Of a stretch of DNA of 64,000 nt, positions 29,959 through 39,787 are shown piece after piece; position 1 is the first letter of the stretch, and each line of letters opens with the position of its first letter. Origin of the DNA: Candidatus Bathyarchaeota archaeon (GTDB lineage: Archaea; Thermoproteota; Bathyarchaeia; 40CM-2-53-6; RBG-13-38-9); contig CAWECG010000003.1 of assembly GCA_963807605.1 (NCBI GenBank), forward strand, positions 288,001 to 352,000, in the 5' to 3' direction. Below the pieces are notes generated by a model that worked only from the letters and a program-made list of their open reading frames with translations, did no database searches and was not told where the DNA came from. A program made the position numbers and the translations under genes.

Positions 29959-31290
29959 TTGAGTGAAGACAAGATTAGTCGTCGTAAGTATCTGAAATAT
30001 GCTGGAGCTGCTGTTGTTGCAGGCGCTGCAGCGATTGCTGGATATGGAGCATATAGCTACTATGGGCAGCCTACTACTTCACTTCTCAGTACCACCTCCC
30101 CCACGTTAGGCCTTGGCAGCCAGAAACTGACAGTAAAAATCGGTGGAACCAAACCTCTAACCGGTACTATGGCACTAGGCGGCATAGATGAAGATAGGGG
30201 GCTGGAAATCTGGGCGAATACATGGGTCAACGACCAAGGTGGAATAAAAGCTGGAGACGGGAACACATACGAAGTCGAATTAGTTATCTATAATGACGAG
30301 TCAAAACCTGAGAACGTGAGCAGACTCTATGAGAAACTGATCAACGAGGACAAAGTCGACTTCCTAATGGGCCCAGTGTGGGGGCCTCTTGGCCAAGCTA
30401 CGGTTTCTGCTGTGGAGAAATACAAGAAACTGGAGATCTACGGAAACGCTAGCTTCGACCCAACACTGTGGAAAGATTGGAAATACGTAATGATGGTGCA
30501 GACCAACGGAAGCGAGTACCTGAACATCCTAAACGAAATGATCATCAACAAGATCCTACCCAACGATCCGGATGCAAAGAACATAGCGATAGTCCACACC
30601 GACGATGCATTTGGAAACGTAGCTGGAACATATGGCTATCAATGGGCGAAGCAGCAGCCTCAACTGAACATAGTCTACTATGAAAAGGTAGCTTTTGATT
30701 CAACAGATTTCACCCCGGTACTCACAAAGGTCAAAGCAGCCAACCCATCAATACTCTTATTCGAATCCGGCTCCAAAGCACCACTTGTTGGAAAGAATGT
30801 CAGGGAGATCGGGCTAGACCTGAAACTGTTTTACCCCGGCACCTACGGCGTGTACAAGCAGTTCTACGACGGACTCGGCCCCAAGTACGGCGAAAACATA
30901 GTCTCTATAACCCAGTGGGTTGTAGGAGAGAACTACCCGGCTAACTATGGACCAACCGAAGACTGGTTCGTCTCACAATACAAACAAGACTTCAACGTAG
31001 CATCGCCTGCGTACGCAGCAGGGATAGGTTTCACGCAGGGCCTTATCTTGCAGGCAGCCATGGAGAAGTGTAGTAAGCCATTGGACTCCGATGCATTGAG
31101 ACAGGTTGTCGGGAATGTAAGCTTCACCGGTTTCTTCGGGGATATAGCGTTTGACCCTGTAACAGGGTGGCAGACAGGCCACAAGATGTCAGCGCTTCAG
31201 TGGCAGGATGGAAAACCAGTCTGCGTCTACCCAGACAAAGTTGCAAAAGCACCGCTGAGATATCCAATGGCAAAATGGTCTACCCTTTAG
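29959..31290 (+). CDS. Branched-chain amino acid-type ABC substrate-binding protein with Tat-like signal
   Basis: SRRKYLKY signal, IYNDES.P, YEKLI.EDKVDFL.GP, DFTPVLTKVKA, QWQDG. Confidence 0.88.
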   Translation: MSEDKISRRKYLKYAGAAVVAGAAAIAGYGAYSYYGQPTTSLLSTTSPTLGLGSQKLTVKIGGTKPLTGTMALGGIDEDRGLEIWANTWVNDQGGIKAGDGNTYEVELVIYNDESKPENVSRLYEKLINEDKVDFLMGPVWGPLGQATVSAVEKYKKLEIYGNASFDPTLWKDWKYVMMVQTNGSEYLNILNEMIINKILPNDPDAKNIAIVHTDDAFGNVAGTYGYQWAKQQPQLNIVYYEKVAFDSTDFTPVLTKVKAANPSILLFESGSKAPLVGKNVREIGLDLKLFYPGTYGVYKQFYDGLGPKYGENIVSITQWVVGENYPANYGPTEDWFVSQYKQDFNVASPAYAAGIGFTQGLILQAAMEKCSKPLDSDALRQVVGNVSFTGFFGDIAFDPVTGWQTGHKMSALQWQDGKPVCVYPDKVAKAPLRYPMAKWSTL

Positions 31291-31493
31291 GACCACAAAT
31301 ACCTATGCTTAATGCTTTCTAATGTTGCGAGGGGTGGTTCTACTCGTGACAATGTCTGGTTCTTTTCATTTAATCGGAATGGACAGCTGAATTACCGGTC
31401 TCAAGATCTCTCTATTCGTTTTCTATAGTTTAGTCGTCGCCTAGAAGGGGCCTGCACGCGCACCTACATATATCATTCGCACCTAATAGTATC

Positions 31494-32657
31494 TCAAAAC
31501 CTCTCCAATTTCAAAGCTTTCTGAAGTTTCCTGTCACATGAGTCGAGGAAGCACTCTGAGACCACATCCTTTGCCTTCTCTCTTTTTATTTGATATTGAT
31601 TCAGAAACTTGAGGACTTTTGGGGCTAGTGAGGCCTTATGTTCCCCACAGAGAAGTTCGCCACTCTTGCATGTTCTTTCTATCTCAGCAAGCTTGGCATC
31701 ATCAGACTCAAAGAGAAAGCGCTCATAATAGTAGATGGGGCATATGTAAGGGTCGGCACCGAGCCTCCTCTGCTCCTCAACAGTAGCTTTACCACCGGTG
31801 AAGGCATTCATTATCTTCTTCTCAGCAACTTTAGGAGGGTCTTTTGTGAAAATGGCCGTCTCGGGTATAGACGAGGACATCTTTCCGCCCTTACCAAGTC
31901 CAGGCAGAAACTTGCAGTGCAACTGTGCAGGCTTGTAATATCCCAGCTTGGGCGCTGCGTCCCTAGCTATTCTCCAATATGGATCTTGGTCTATAGCTGC
32001 TGGAATCAGACATGGAACATTTCTCCCTGATATTGCGGACTCGAGAAAACAGGGAGCGGCCTGAATAGCTGGAAAGAATACTATGCCTATGTTTGAGCTC
32101 TCCTTGAAACCGAAGACCGCCTTCGCTGTCGAGTACGTGACGTGCTTTGCAACCTCGACCCCGATCTTGTAAAGGGTCTGAGCGTTCTTCACGTCGGAGA
32201 TGAGGCATGTCTTTTTGGGGTCAAAGCCTGCGGCCAAGACATCAAGGGCATTGTCATAAGTAAGCCGGAGTGTATCCTCAAGAGTGAGGTTCTGATTGAC
32301 TAGAAACTTCTCATCATCTGTCAATTGGAAGTAGAGTCTTGCGTCGAAAGTTTCTTGGAGATACTTTGTGAACAGCCAAGGTATCACATGCCCTAAGTGA
32401 ACATCTCCTGAGGGCCCTCTTCCCGTATAGAGTATGAACTTCTCGCCAGCATCGTGCCTGTCAAGCAGCCAGTCTAGGTCTCTGTGGGAGAAGAACACGC
32501 TTCGCCTGAGCTGCATGTGAAGCTCACCAGAGTATTTCTTCAGTCTGTTGAGTAGGGAGTCTGTCAGGGGATGTGTTCCAAATTGCTCCATCAATTTTGA
32601 ATAATCGATTTCTCCAGCAACTTCCCAGGGTGTTACAATCATCTCTTCATTTGTCAA
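31494..32657 (-). CDS. trpS: Tryptophanyl-tRNA synthetase (archaeal type)
   Basis: VTPW, YTGRGPS..HLGH, AIDQDPY, KMSSS; TTG start at 32657 likely. Confidence 0.96.
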   Translation of the reverse strand: MTNEEMIVTPWEVAGEIDYSKLMEQFGTHPLTDSLLNRLKKYSGELHMQLRRSVFFSHRDLDWLLDRHDAGEKFILYTGRGPSGDVHLGHVIPWLFTKYLQETFDARLYFQLTDDEKFLVNQNLTLEDTLRLTYDNALDVLAAGFDPKKTCLISDVKNAQTLYKIGVEVAKHVTYSTAKAVFGFKESSNIGIVFFPAIQAAPCFLESAISGRNVPCLIPAAIDQDPYWRIARDAAPKLGYYKPAQLHCKFLPGLGKGGKMSSSIPETAIFTKDPPKVAEKKIMNAFTGGKATVEEQRRLGADPYICPIYYYERFLFESDDAKLAEIERTCKSGELLCGEHKASLAPKVLKFLNQYQIKREKAKDVVSECFLDSCDRKLQKALKLERF

Positions 32658-32848
32658 GTTCTTCACGAGCCTTTGACATATGTTGAAGATTCGCCTCAAT
32701 GTGATCTACTGGTAATTCCAAGATAATGTTTCGTTCGTCCATCTCAAGGGAGCTGAAGTATGTTAGATGTTCACAAACTTTAAGACTGCGAATACTCTCT
32801 CACTTCATAAAATCTTTGTCTTACATTAAAAGACAGGTGTTTTTGCAA

Positions 32849-33973
32849 TTGGCCAAGCCTCAACTTAAAGTCTGGGGGGCACTCTACAAAGAGGTTGTTA
32901 CCACGAATCTCTGCATGTTCTGCGGAACATGCATCGCATCATGTCCAGTAAACGTTCTAATCCCAACAGACGACGAGAAGCCTACAATAAAGGGAATGTG
33001 CGTTCTATGCGGCCTGTGTTATCACGGTTGTCCGAGAGTTGAGTTGCCAATAGACGATATAGAAGAACGTTTCTATGGTCGCACGAGAAATGAGCAGGAA
33101 CAATACACGGGAGTCCTCCGCGGAGCCTACTCTGTGAGGTCAACCGACCCAAAGGTACAGATGATAGCTCAAGATAGTGGAGCTACAACAAGCATACTCG
33201 CGCACGCTCTCTCTCAGGGTTTTGTAGACTACACAGTTACCACGGGGATTCGTGGCAACGAGTCTTGGAGGCCCGAGCCTTATGTCTCGAATAATCTCGA
33301 TGAACTATCGAGGACTGCAAAGTCAAAGTATACAGCAGGACACGTAATGAGTGGGTTAGCAGATAGTGCTGCTGGCTATCCGCGAGCCAAAGTGGGCCTT
33401 GTAGGTCTGCCATGCCAGATTGAAGGTCTCAGACGACTGACAACGTCTCCTCTTGGACACAGGAAGCTTGGAGAACTGGTCAAACTTGCCATAGGTTTAT
33501 TCTGCTTTGATAGCTTCAAGTTTAACCAGCTCTTTCTGGACTTTGTCCAGACAAAGAATCAGATATCACTGCAACAGATCGAGAAGGTGGATATCAAGAA
33601 TAATAGATTCATTCTCTCCGCTGGAGAGAAGATCCTGATGGATCTACCGGTCAAAGAATTGAATCCATTTATGCTTCCGGCGTGTCTTAAATGCCAAGAT
33701 TTCTGCGCCGAACTGTCAGACATATCAATAGGGGCTGTCGGATCGCCCAAGGGTTGGACCACTGCTCTTATCCGTTCGGAGTTCGGAGAGGAAGTCTTCA
33801 AGACCGCCGTCGAGAAGGGCGTCATCGAATCTAAACCGCTGAGCGAGGTAAAACCTGGCATCTCGCTCGTGGCAAAGCTGTCTGAGAAGAAGAAGGAGCG
33901 CCAAGCCCCCTACATCAGGCGACGCTCAGCCTTCGATTCAACATTCAGAGAAGATGGAGTAATAAAAGCGTAA
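32849..33973 (+). CDS. Coenzyme F420 hydrogenase/dehydrogenase beta subunit family (FrhB/FdhB/FpoF-like) with N-terminal ferredoxin
   Basis: Two CxxCxxCxxxCP motifs, QDSG, SKY, GLPCQ, IGLFC, C.KC.DF.AEL.DIS.G. Confidence 0.88.
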   Translation: MAKPQLKVWGALYKEVVTTNLCMFCGTCIASCPVNVLIPTDDEKPTIKGMCVLCGLCYHGCPRVELPIDDIEERFYGRTRNEQEQYTGVLRGAYSVRSTDPKVQMIAQDSGATTSILAHALSQGFVDYTVTTGIRGNESWRPEPYVSNNLDELSRTAKSKYTAGHVMSGLADSAAGYPRAKVGLVGLPCQIEGLRRLTTSPLGHRKLGELVKLAIGLFCFDSFKFNQLFLDFVQTKNQISLQQIEKVDIKNNRFILSAGEKILMDLPVKELNPFMLPACLKCQDFCAELSDISIGAVGSPKGWTTALIRSEFGEEVFKTAVEKGVIESKPLSEVKPGISLVAKLSEKKKERQAPYIRRRSAFDSTFREDGVIKA

Positions 33974-34147
33974 TCAAGGTCTCATACGCTGCGGTAAACA
34001 AGTGCAACGCTAGGCCGATTTTAGGGACCTATTTAGATAGTAGAACCAACTCTTCATGACGAGCTCAGATGCTCTGAGGATCCTACGCACATCTATCCGA
34101 AAAACAAGCCTCCAAAACAAAAGGACTATTGGAGGGGTAACTAAGAA

Positions 34148-35029
34148 ATGGAAGACCGCCCTTTGGGAAAACGCAAGCCTGACTGGTTGAAGGTGCAAAT
34201 CGGAAGCTCGGACGAATACTATGAGACTGCAAAGACTCTGAGAGATCTGAACCTTCATACCGTCTGTGAGGAGGCGCACTGTCCGAATTCAACAGACTGT
34301 TGGGGAAGAAGGAACGCAACATTCATGATTCTGGGCGACATATGCACGCGCTCCTGCCGTTTCTGCGCCGTCAAGAATGCAAGAATAGGCAAACCAGTCG
34401 ATTACGAAGAACCTGAACGGCTTGGCACAGCCGTCAGGAGACTGAGAATAAAGTACGCAGTCATAACTTCTGTCGACAGAGACGACCTGCCTGATGGTGG
34501 TGCCGAACACTTCGCGAAGTGCGTAAGATCAATCAAGAGTCTTTCACCTGGATCTAAAGTCGAAGCCCTGATACCGGATTTTCACGGTGACCTTGAATCT
34601 CTGAGAAAGCTTGCAGACGCTCAACCTGATGTTATCGGACATAACATTGAAACAGTTAGAAGATTACAGGGCCAGCTCAGAGACCCACGTGCAAGCTACG
34701 AGACCTCGCTTAACGTTCTTCAGAATATCAAGAGACTGAAGAGCAACATCTATACAAAGTCGTCCTTGATGGTCGGCATTGGCGAGTCTAAAGAAGATAT
34801 CTTGGGGGCTCTCAACGATCTGGCGGCTAGAGCAGTCGACATAGTGACGATTGGCCAGTATCTCCAGCCGAGTAGAAAACATCATCCAGTTGTAGAATAC
34901 GTCACGCCTGAGATCTTTGAGCACTACAAGATCGAGGCTCAGAGGCTTGGCTTCAAACATGTGTTCTCAGGACCCCTAGTTAGGAGTTCGTATCATGCTG
35001 AAGAATCGTTTTGCGAACGAACAGGCTAG
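34148..35029 (+). CDS. lipA: Lipoyl synthase
   Basis: TVCEEAHCPN..DC, CTRSCRFC, GQYLQP, VRSSY. Confidence 0.96.
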   Translation: MEDRPLGKRKPDWLKVQIGSSDEYYETAKTLRDLNLHTVCEEAHCPNSTDCWGRRNATFMILGDICTRSCRFCAVKNARIGKPVDYEEPERLGTAVRRLRIKYAVITSVDRDDLPDGGAEHFAKCVRSIKSLSPGSKVEALIPDFHGDLESLRKLADAQPDVIGHNIETVRRLQGQLRDPRASYETSLNVLQNIKRLKSNIYTKSSLMVGIGESKEDILGALNDLAARAVDIVTIGQYLQPSRKHHPVVEYVTPEIFEHYKIEAQRLGFKHVFSGPLVRSSYHAEESFCERTG

Positions 35030-35276
35030 TTCAATATCCTCCTTTAGAGTACGGGATTTCAGACAGTCCACATCAGTGTCTTCGTCCATCGACCATTCTT
35101 TCCAGTTGAGTTCCTAGCTAAATGGCCCAAAGGCTGTTTGGGCAGAGCACCCGTTCTAAGGGTCGAGGGTAAGGTTCATAAGCAGGTTTGTTACCTAGGG
35201 TAACAACAGGTCCTGATCCAACTCCACCACATAACGCATTATCAGAAGTAAAAGAAACGGAGACCGAAGTTAGCAT

Positions 35277-35768
35277 ATGCATTCATTAACTGGATACATC
35301 AAGAGACTTGATCAGAGCAGAGACTTCAGCGACATCTTTGCCTTGGTTAAGAAGGCTGTCAAAGAGACAATCAATGAAGCTCGCGTAGGATTGATGCTGG
35401 TGCTAGCGGACCTCCCACCACAGGTTGGAGCATTCCATGAGATCGGATCTAACTCGATTGTGCTGAATCGCAAGCTACTTAATGCTGTTATAAAGTCCTG
35501 CAAATCATTTCGGGAAATCAATGCATACATATTTTCAATACTCCTACATGAGTACTTACACTCTCTTGGACACTTGCACGAACATGAAGTTAGAGAACTA
35601 TCTTTCCAAATCTCCAAGAAAATACTAGGCGAGAATCATCCAGCAACTGAATTCATTACTAAGGGCTTCTCGGAGAAGAAGATAAACAGACTCCCCGACA
35701 AAGGACCCCCCGATCTCCCCCAAATAATTCCCGACCTAGAAAAGACAGCCCAATCGTACGTACAGTAG
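35277..35768 (+). CDS. Small HEYLH zincin-like protein, paralog 1
   Basis: GAFH.IGSN.IVLN, LLHEYLHSLG, E.EVR, HPA. Confidence 0.7.
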   Translation: MHSLTGYIKRLDQSRDFSDIFALVKKAVKETINEARVGLMLVLADLPPQVGAFHEIGSNSIVLNRKLLNAVIKSCKSFREINAYIFSILLHEYLHSLGHLHEHEVRELSFQISKKILGENHPATEFITKGFSEKKINRLPDKGPPDLPQIIPDLEKTAQSYVQ

Positions 35769-35842
35769 AGAACCATCAACAAGGCGACCAAAGCATACTC
35801 ACACACTTCCCGCTTGTATTTTATAGTAGCAAGCCAGATCCT

Positions 35843-36310
35843 ATGCCAGACGTTAGTGGCATCAGATATAATAAGTCAAATACATACTGTACCCAACTTC
35901 AAGAATCTAACGACTTCGAAGAGATCTTTGAAGTGGTGAAACGTTCCGTCAAAGATTTCTTGAACATGGAGAGGACGGGACTAGAACTGTATCTCAGAGA
36001 ACTGCCGCTTGAAGTCGGAGCCTTTCACAAGATTGGAACAAACATAATAGTGATGAACAGGGCTTTAATCGATCGCGTTATCGACGCTCAAGTGAGCTTT
36101 GCGGAGATGAGATCATTCATCTATAACATTCTACTTCACGAGTATCTTCACTCTCTTGGAATCTACGATGAGCTTAAGACAAGAAGATTGACCTACAAGA
36201 TTTCAAAGATAAGCCTGGGAGGGAAACACCCCGCAACTATTCTCGCAAGGAAAGGACCATGGGCCATTCTAGACTGCGAACTGACTTCCAGGGACAGGCC
36301 GTGGAATTAG
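35843..36310 (+). CDS. Small HEYLH zincin-like protein, paralog 2
   Basis: Same motifs as 35277 and 54881. Confidence 0.7.
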   Translation: MPDVSGIRYNKSNTYCTQLQESNDFEEIFEVVKRSVKDFLNMERTGLELYLRELPLEVGAFHKIGTNIIVMNRALIDRVIDAQVSFAEMRSFIYNILLHEYLHSLGIYDELKTRRLTYKISKISLGGKHPATILARKGPWAILDCELTSRDRPWN

Positions 36311-36481
36311 ATCTCTCTTTGGTTGAGATGTCAAGACAATTGAGACAGGTGAATAAAGCCCCAACGATGTCGGGAAGACACAGTCTAGTTCTCGTCTAGT
36401 TTCCTAGATTTAGCTATTCAGGTAACTGTACCATAAAGAATATTTCAAGTCCCAACCAGCACTTGGATTTGAGGTGCAGCA

Positions 36482-36904
36482 ATGAAAAGAAATGTTCTAA
36501 CATGTACAGTCTTGGTGCTTACGGTCTACTTGGCAATACTTCTGCCAACAGCCGCGTTAGCCTACACACCTTCACCGGGCTACAGTGGAACACCAATCAA
36601 TTATGGAGGATGGCTCCTAGGAGAAGTCGATATGAACATACGTAACATCGTAGAGAAAGTCCCGTGGGCGCAGATAACCGTTACTGGCACAGATAGTACC
36701 GGAAAAGCCGTTACTGATGTGGTACATTCGAATGGATTCGGCACTTACCGAGTCTACCTGTCCCCTGGGACCTATACTGTCACTGTCAGCTACTTGCAGT
36801 ACAGCCAGACCTACAACGTCAAAATAAATGTGGACCAAATCTATTACCTCTTGAACATCTACATTGAAAGGCCTGACGCGGGATTCAAAAACTATCTATC
36901 TTGA
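36482..36904 (+). CDS. Secreted carboxypeptidase-regulatory-like domain protein
   Basis: Signal peptide; G.Y..YL.PGTYTVTV; resembles the last domain of the 1338-aa surface protein. Confidence 0.7.
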   Translation: MKRNVLTCTVLVLTVYLAILLPTAALAYTPSPGYSGTPINYGGWLLGEVDMNIRNIVEKVPWAQITVTGTDSTGKAVTDVVHSNGFGTYRVYLSPGTYTVTVSYLQYSQTYNVKINVDQIYYLLNIYIERPDAGFKNYLS

Positions 36905-36948
36905 ACATCTACATTGAAAGGCCTGACGCGGACTTCAAAGACTGTCTA
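36849..36948 (+). repeat. 50-bp tandem duplication across the 3' end of the gene
   Basis: TCTTGAACATCTACATTGAAAGGCCTGACGCGG twice (33 identical nt) followed by 17 nt with 4 mismatches. Confidence 0.9.
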
Positions 36949-37192
36949 CAGTAAAAATCGCGTCCCCCTCCCTTTTTTTGGCTGTTCGCTACGAAATTTG
37001 TTCTCTAGGTTACTTCATTGATACTCGGGCCATCCCCAGAGACCCAAGATGCTATCATTCCATGACCATCAATTCATTTTTCATATGTCGTAAACTGCAG
37101 AACAGCCATATCCAGTGTTACTGCCCAGCGTTCACTCACACACGATCTAGCCAAGCTTTGCTGGGGATTTCGAACGGATTTGGATCGAAAAA

Positions 37193-37711
37193 CTATCCCT
37201 TAAAAGGGATAGATGTGGCGACGCCCTCACTGCAACTGACAACAATGTTGAATTCAACACCGTATTCCTGCGTCGTAGGGAGATTCAACTTCTTTGTTAT
37301 ATTTATCGACTCCTGAGTTTTCAGGATGTCAATAACTTGAATTGAAAGCTTGCCCTTCGCGGATAGCAAATCAACTGCAACTGAATGCGCGTCTGCCGTA
37401 CCTGTATTCTTGATAGTTAAGGTTAACGTATTATTTACAATCGTAGGAGTTGAGACCTCGAAGTTAGGTCTGCTAGACGAGCTAGACGACCTCAGAAATA
37501 ACGCTGTTACCACGACAACTATGGCGATAACCGCTATCACAATAAGCCTTACTCGTTTCTGCTTGCGAGGCTTCTTCGCACCAGGTATTCTCCGCTCAAG
37601 TTCATGGCGCAGGGTTCCATAATCTTGAGGACTCATAATGCCCTTCGAGTAGGCAGCATCGAGACGGCGGATTAGGTGGGAAATTCGTTCTCTCTCATTA
37701 ACGTTGGACAA
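37193..37711 (-). CDS. Single-TM protein with a short cytoplasmic helical N-terminus and Ig/CARDB-like ectodomain
   Basis: TM at residues ~55-73; TIKNTGTADA motif. Confidence 0.6.
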   Translation of the reverse strand: MSNVNERERISHLIRRLDAAYSKGIMSPQDYGTLRHELERRIPGAKKPRKQKRVRLIVIAVIAIVVVVTALFLRSSSSSSRPNFEVSTPTIVNNTLTLTIKNTGTADAHSVAVDLLSAKGKLSIQVIDILKTQESINITKKLNLPTTQEYGVEFNIVVSCSEGVATSIPFKG

Positions 37712-37837
37712 CCTGCTCTGCTCCCGCCTTAGAATAACGATCTGGAAACTAATACGGTTTGCGAATAGGCTAGTCTTTGGTCGCTGGACATCTGAAGACG
37801 AGTTCGAGGTTCTGTGTTTTATTCAATCATTATGGTT

Positions 37838-37936
37838 TGGTGGGGTCGGTGGGATTTGAACCCACGACCTCGCGGGTTCTTGAAGCCTCGGGGCTACCCA
37901 AGCCGCGTAGCGTAGACCAGACTAGCCCACGACCCC
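37838..37936 (-). tRNA. tRNA-Pro(TGG) with a 20-nt canonical 37/38 intron (37877-37896); CCA encoded
   Basis: GGGGTCG/CGACCCC acceptor, CGCGG-CT-TGG-G[intron]C-CCGCG, GTGGG-TTCAAAT-CCCAC; central helix CTTG/CAAG. Confidence 0.93.
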
Positions 37937-38019
37937 CACGTAGGTTAATAACGTATTTTTCTGATTTCTAACCCGCTTCTCTTACGTTTGAGTTTCTACT
38001 GAAGAAAAGTCTTCCGGTT

Positions 38020-38223
38020 TCATCGCAGTCTTCGGGAGATAAGATCGTGAGTTTCATCACGCGCGAACTGTTTCCTTTTCTGCTGGTGTCTTGTGTAGCG
38101 AGCGCTAGGAAACAAAGAGACTAACTCCTCCACCCTTTTTATCTTCTTAAGCTTCTTTTCATACCGGGGAGTCTGCAGTCTCTTCATTCCGGCAACGACA
38201 GTCGTCAAGTCTTTTGTTCCCAA
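38020..38223 (-). pseudogene. Possible transposase remnant
   Basis: KKLKKIKRVEELVSLFP resembles the linker of archaeal IS5/ISL2-like transposases; weak similarity. Confidence 0.25.
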
Positions 38224-38472
38224 TCAGTGCAAGGTTACGGCCGCACTCTCAAAGGCATTTTCACTGTTCTCTATGCCACTTATGTTCTAAGATGTTTCCA
38301 TCGACACATGGTGGAGGGATTCTAGTTGAATCCTCATTCGTCACACAAGCTGGTAGGAATAAAAATCGTGAACACTGAGATACGGTATTGCGATTACTGT
38401 AGCCTCTCCGCAACTCATCGTGAGATGAGCAGCCATGCAGACGCGACCTAACTTGCTCGAAAGGGGCGCCTG

Positions 38473-39204
38473 TTAGGGGAGCGCCCGTATCCACTCCGCC
38501 GCTTCCTGCGTCTTTTGTGGGGAGACCCAGCGAGGGGTACTTCGTTGAATTGCATTGAGTTTCGTGAAGGAACCAAGATGAGTCTTCGCCTCATCAGACA
38601 AGACGTATACCTTATGTCCTCCATTATCGAGACCTACTTTACTTATTGGTTGGGCGGATTCTAGGAGCCTGCTTCTTGAATTGCCCTTAACCAAGATCAG
38701 GCTTTTCTCGCCTCTTCCATATTTCACATGGTAATTATTGCCGAAGAACGTGTGTAGATCATTGTCGGAGAAATCGGTAAACTCTCCTGCAGTTTTGACA
38801 TCAAAATATCCAATAATGTACAAACCGCGTTTCTTGTCATCCTTGAAATCATATGGCTCCAGTCCAGCATAGAACACGAGCAAATCACCGGTGTGGAGCT
38901 TCCTCAGACTCCGTTTTGATTTGGCAGGATCTCCATATGTGAAGGTGTCAAACTCAGGATCATGATGAACGACGGTTTTGACGGTATCCGCTTGACGAAG
39001 TCGCGGGAAGAATTTCCAGAGTGGCCTTTTAGTCTTCTTACCCTTGATCTCACCGTACGTCTTACCTGGTTTGCCACGACCTTCGGGGATGGGAATATAT
39101 TCGAAGGTGCTGTCAGAGAAAAGCGGACCTAGCATTCCACCCGATCCCGTATCAATTCCCACACGTAGCAAGCAGACCTGCATTGGCTCGCTGCTGGAGG
39201 TCAT
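38473..39204 (-). CDS. Nucleotide modification-associated domain 3 (Nmad3-like) protein
   Basis: VGIDTG.GG..GP.F.D.TFEYIPIPE, H.DPEF..FTYGD, GDLLVFY.GL, YIIGYF.V, N.H. Confidence 0.72.
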   Translation of the reverse strand: MTSSSEPMQVCLLRVGIDTGSGGMLGPLFSDSTFEYIPIPEGRGKPGKTYGEIKGKKTKRPLWKFFPRLRQADTVKTVVHHDPEFDTFTYGDPAKSKRSLRKLHTGDLLVFYAGLEPYDFKDDKKRGLYIIGYFDVKTAGEFTDFSDNDLHTFFGNNYHVKYGRGEKSLILVKGNSRSRLLESAQPISKVGLDNGGHKVYVLSDEAKTHLGSFTKLNAIQRSTPRWVSPQKTQEAAEWIRALP

Positions 39205-39405
39205 TCATCATCAACGCAAGCGAGCTATCCGTCCAGCCCTAACCATGGCATGCTCCCAAGCTGGATCAACTGGGTGATTGCCATGTTTGTCTAACCCTCC
39301 AGCTATCGGTAGCATAATCCCGTCGACACGAAACAATTAATCATTTCAGCTGTCGGTGATTATGTGCGCGCGGTTTCTAGTTCGAAAAAGAATGGGGTTT
39401 GCGAG

Positions 39406-39433
39406 AAAACTAGTTCAGTGATGAACTAGTTTT
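39406..39433. terminator. Perfect 12-bp hairpin AAAACTAGTTCA-GTGA-TGAACTAGTTTT
   Basis: Inverted repeat directly after the stop of the small Cys-rich gene. Confidence 0.5.
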
Positions 39434-39598
39434 ACTTTCTCTTTTTCTTGGCCGCTGTCTTCCTACTCGTTTTTCTGCCAGTTTTTCTCATTGGCGTGTT
39501 GCAACATACTAGGTCGCATTCAGTGCACCACATACGCTGTCTACGCTGCATACGACGCCACATAAATCACATTTGTACAGGTCGCCTTTAACCACCAA
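39432..39598 (-). pseudogene. Small Cys-rich desulforedoxin-like protein with basic tail; 1-nt frameshift
   Basis: MVVKGDLYKCDLCGVVCSVDSVCG then shifted frame CTECDLVCCNTPMRKTGRKTSRKTAAKKKRK*; length 167 nt. Confidence 0.75.
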
Positions 39599-39787
39599 GT
39601 TCTCATACTCCACTTGATAATACGACACCACACAGAATATATATTTCTCTTGATGCGTGCATTAGATGAAGTTAACAACCCTAGCCTCTGCTCATAATTT
39701 CCTCAATTCATAAGATGACTGTTGCGCATAGCAATCTGAGAAACCCGTTGATGGAGTCGTGAAATCTCGGCAAAGGACAAGACGTTT

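Noticed and set aside
36849-36948. DGR template/variable repeat or mini-CRISPR
   Set aside because: Only two adjacent copies, one mismatch is not at an A, the would-be spacers resemble each other, and no reverse transcriptase or cas gene is present.
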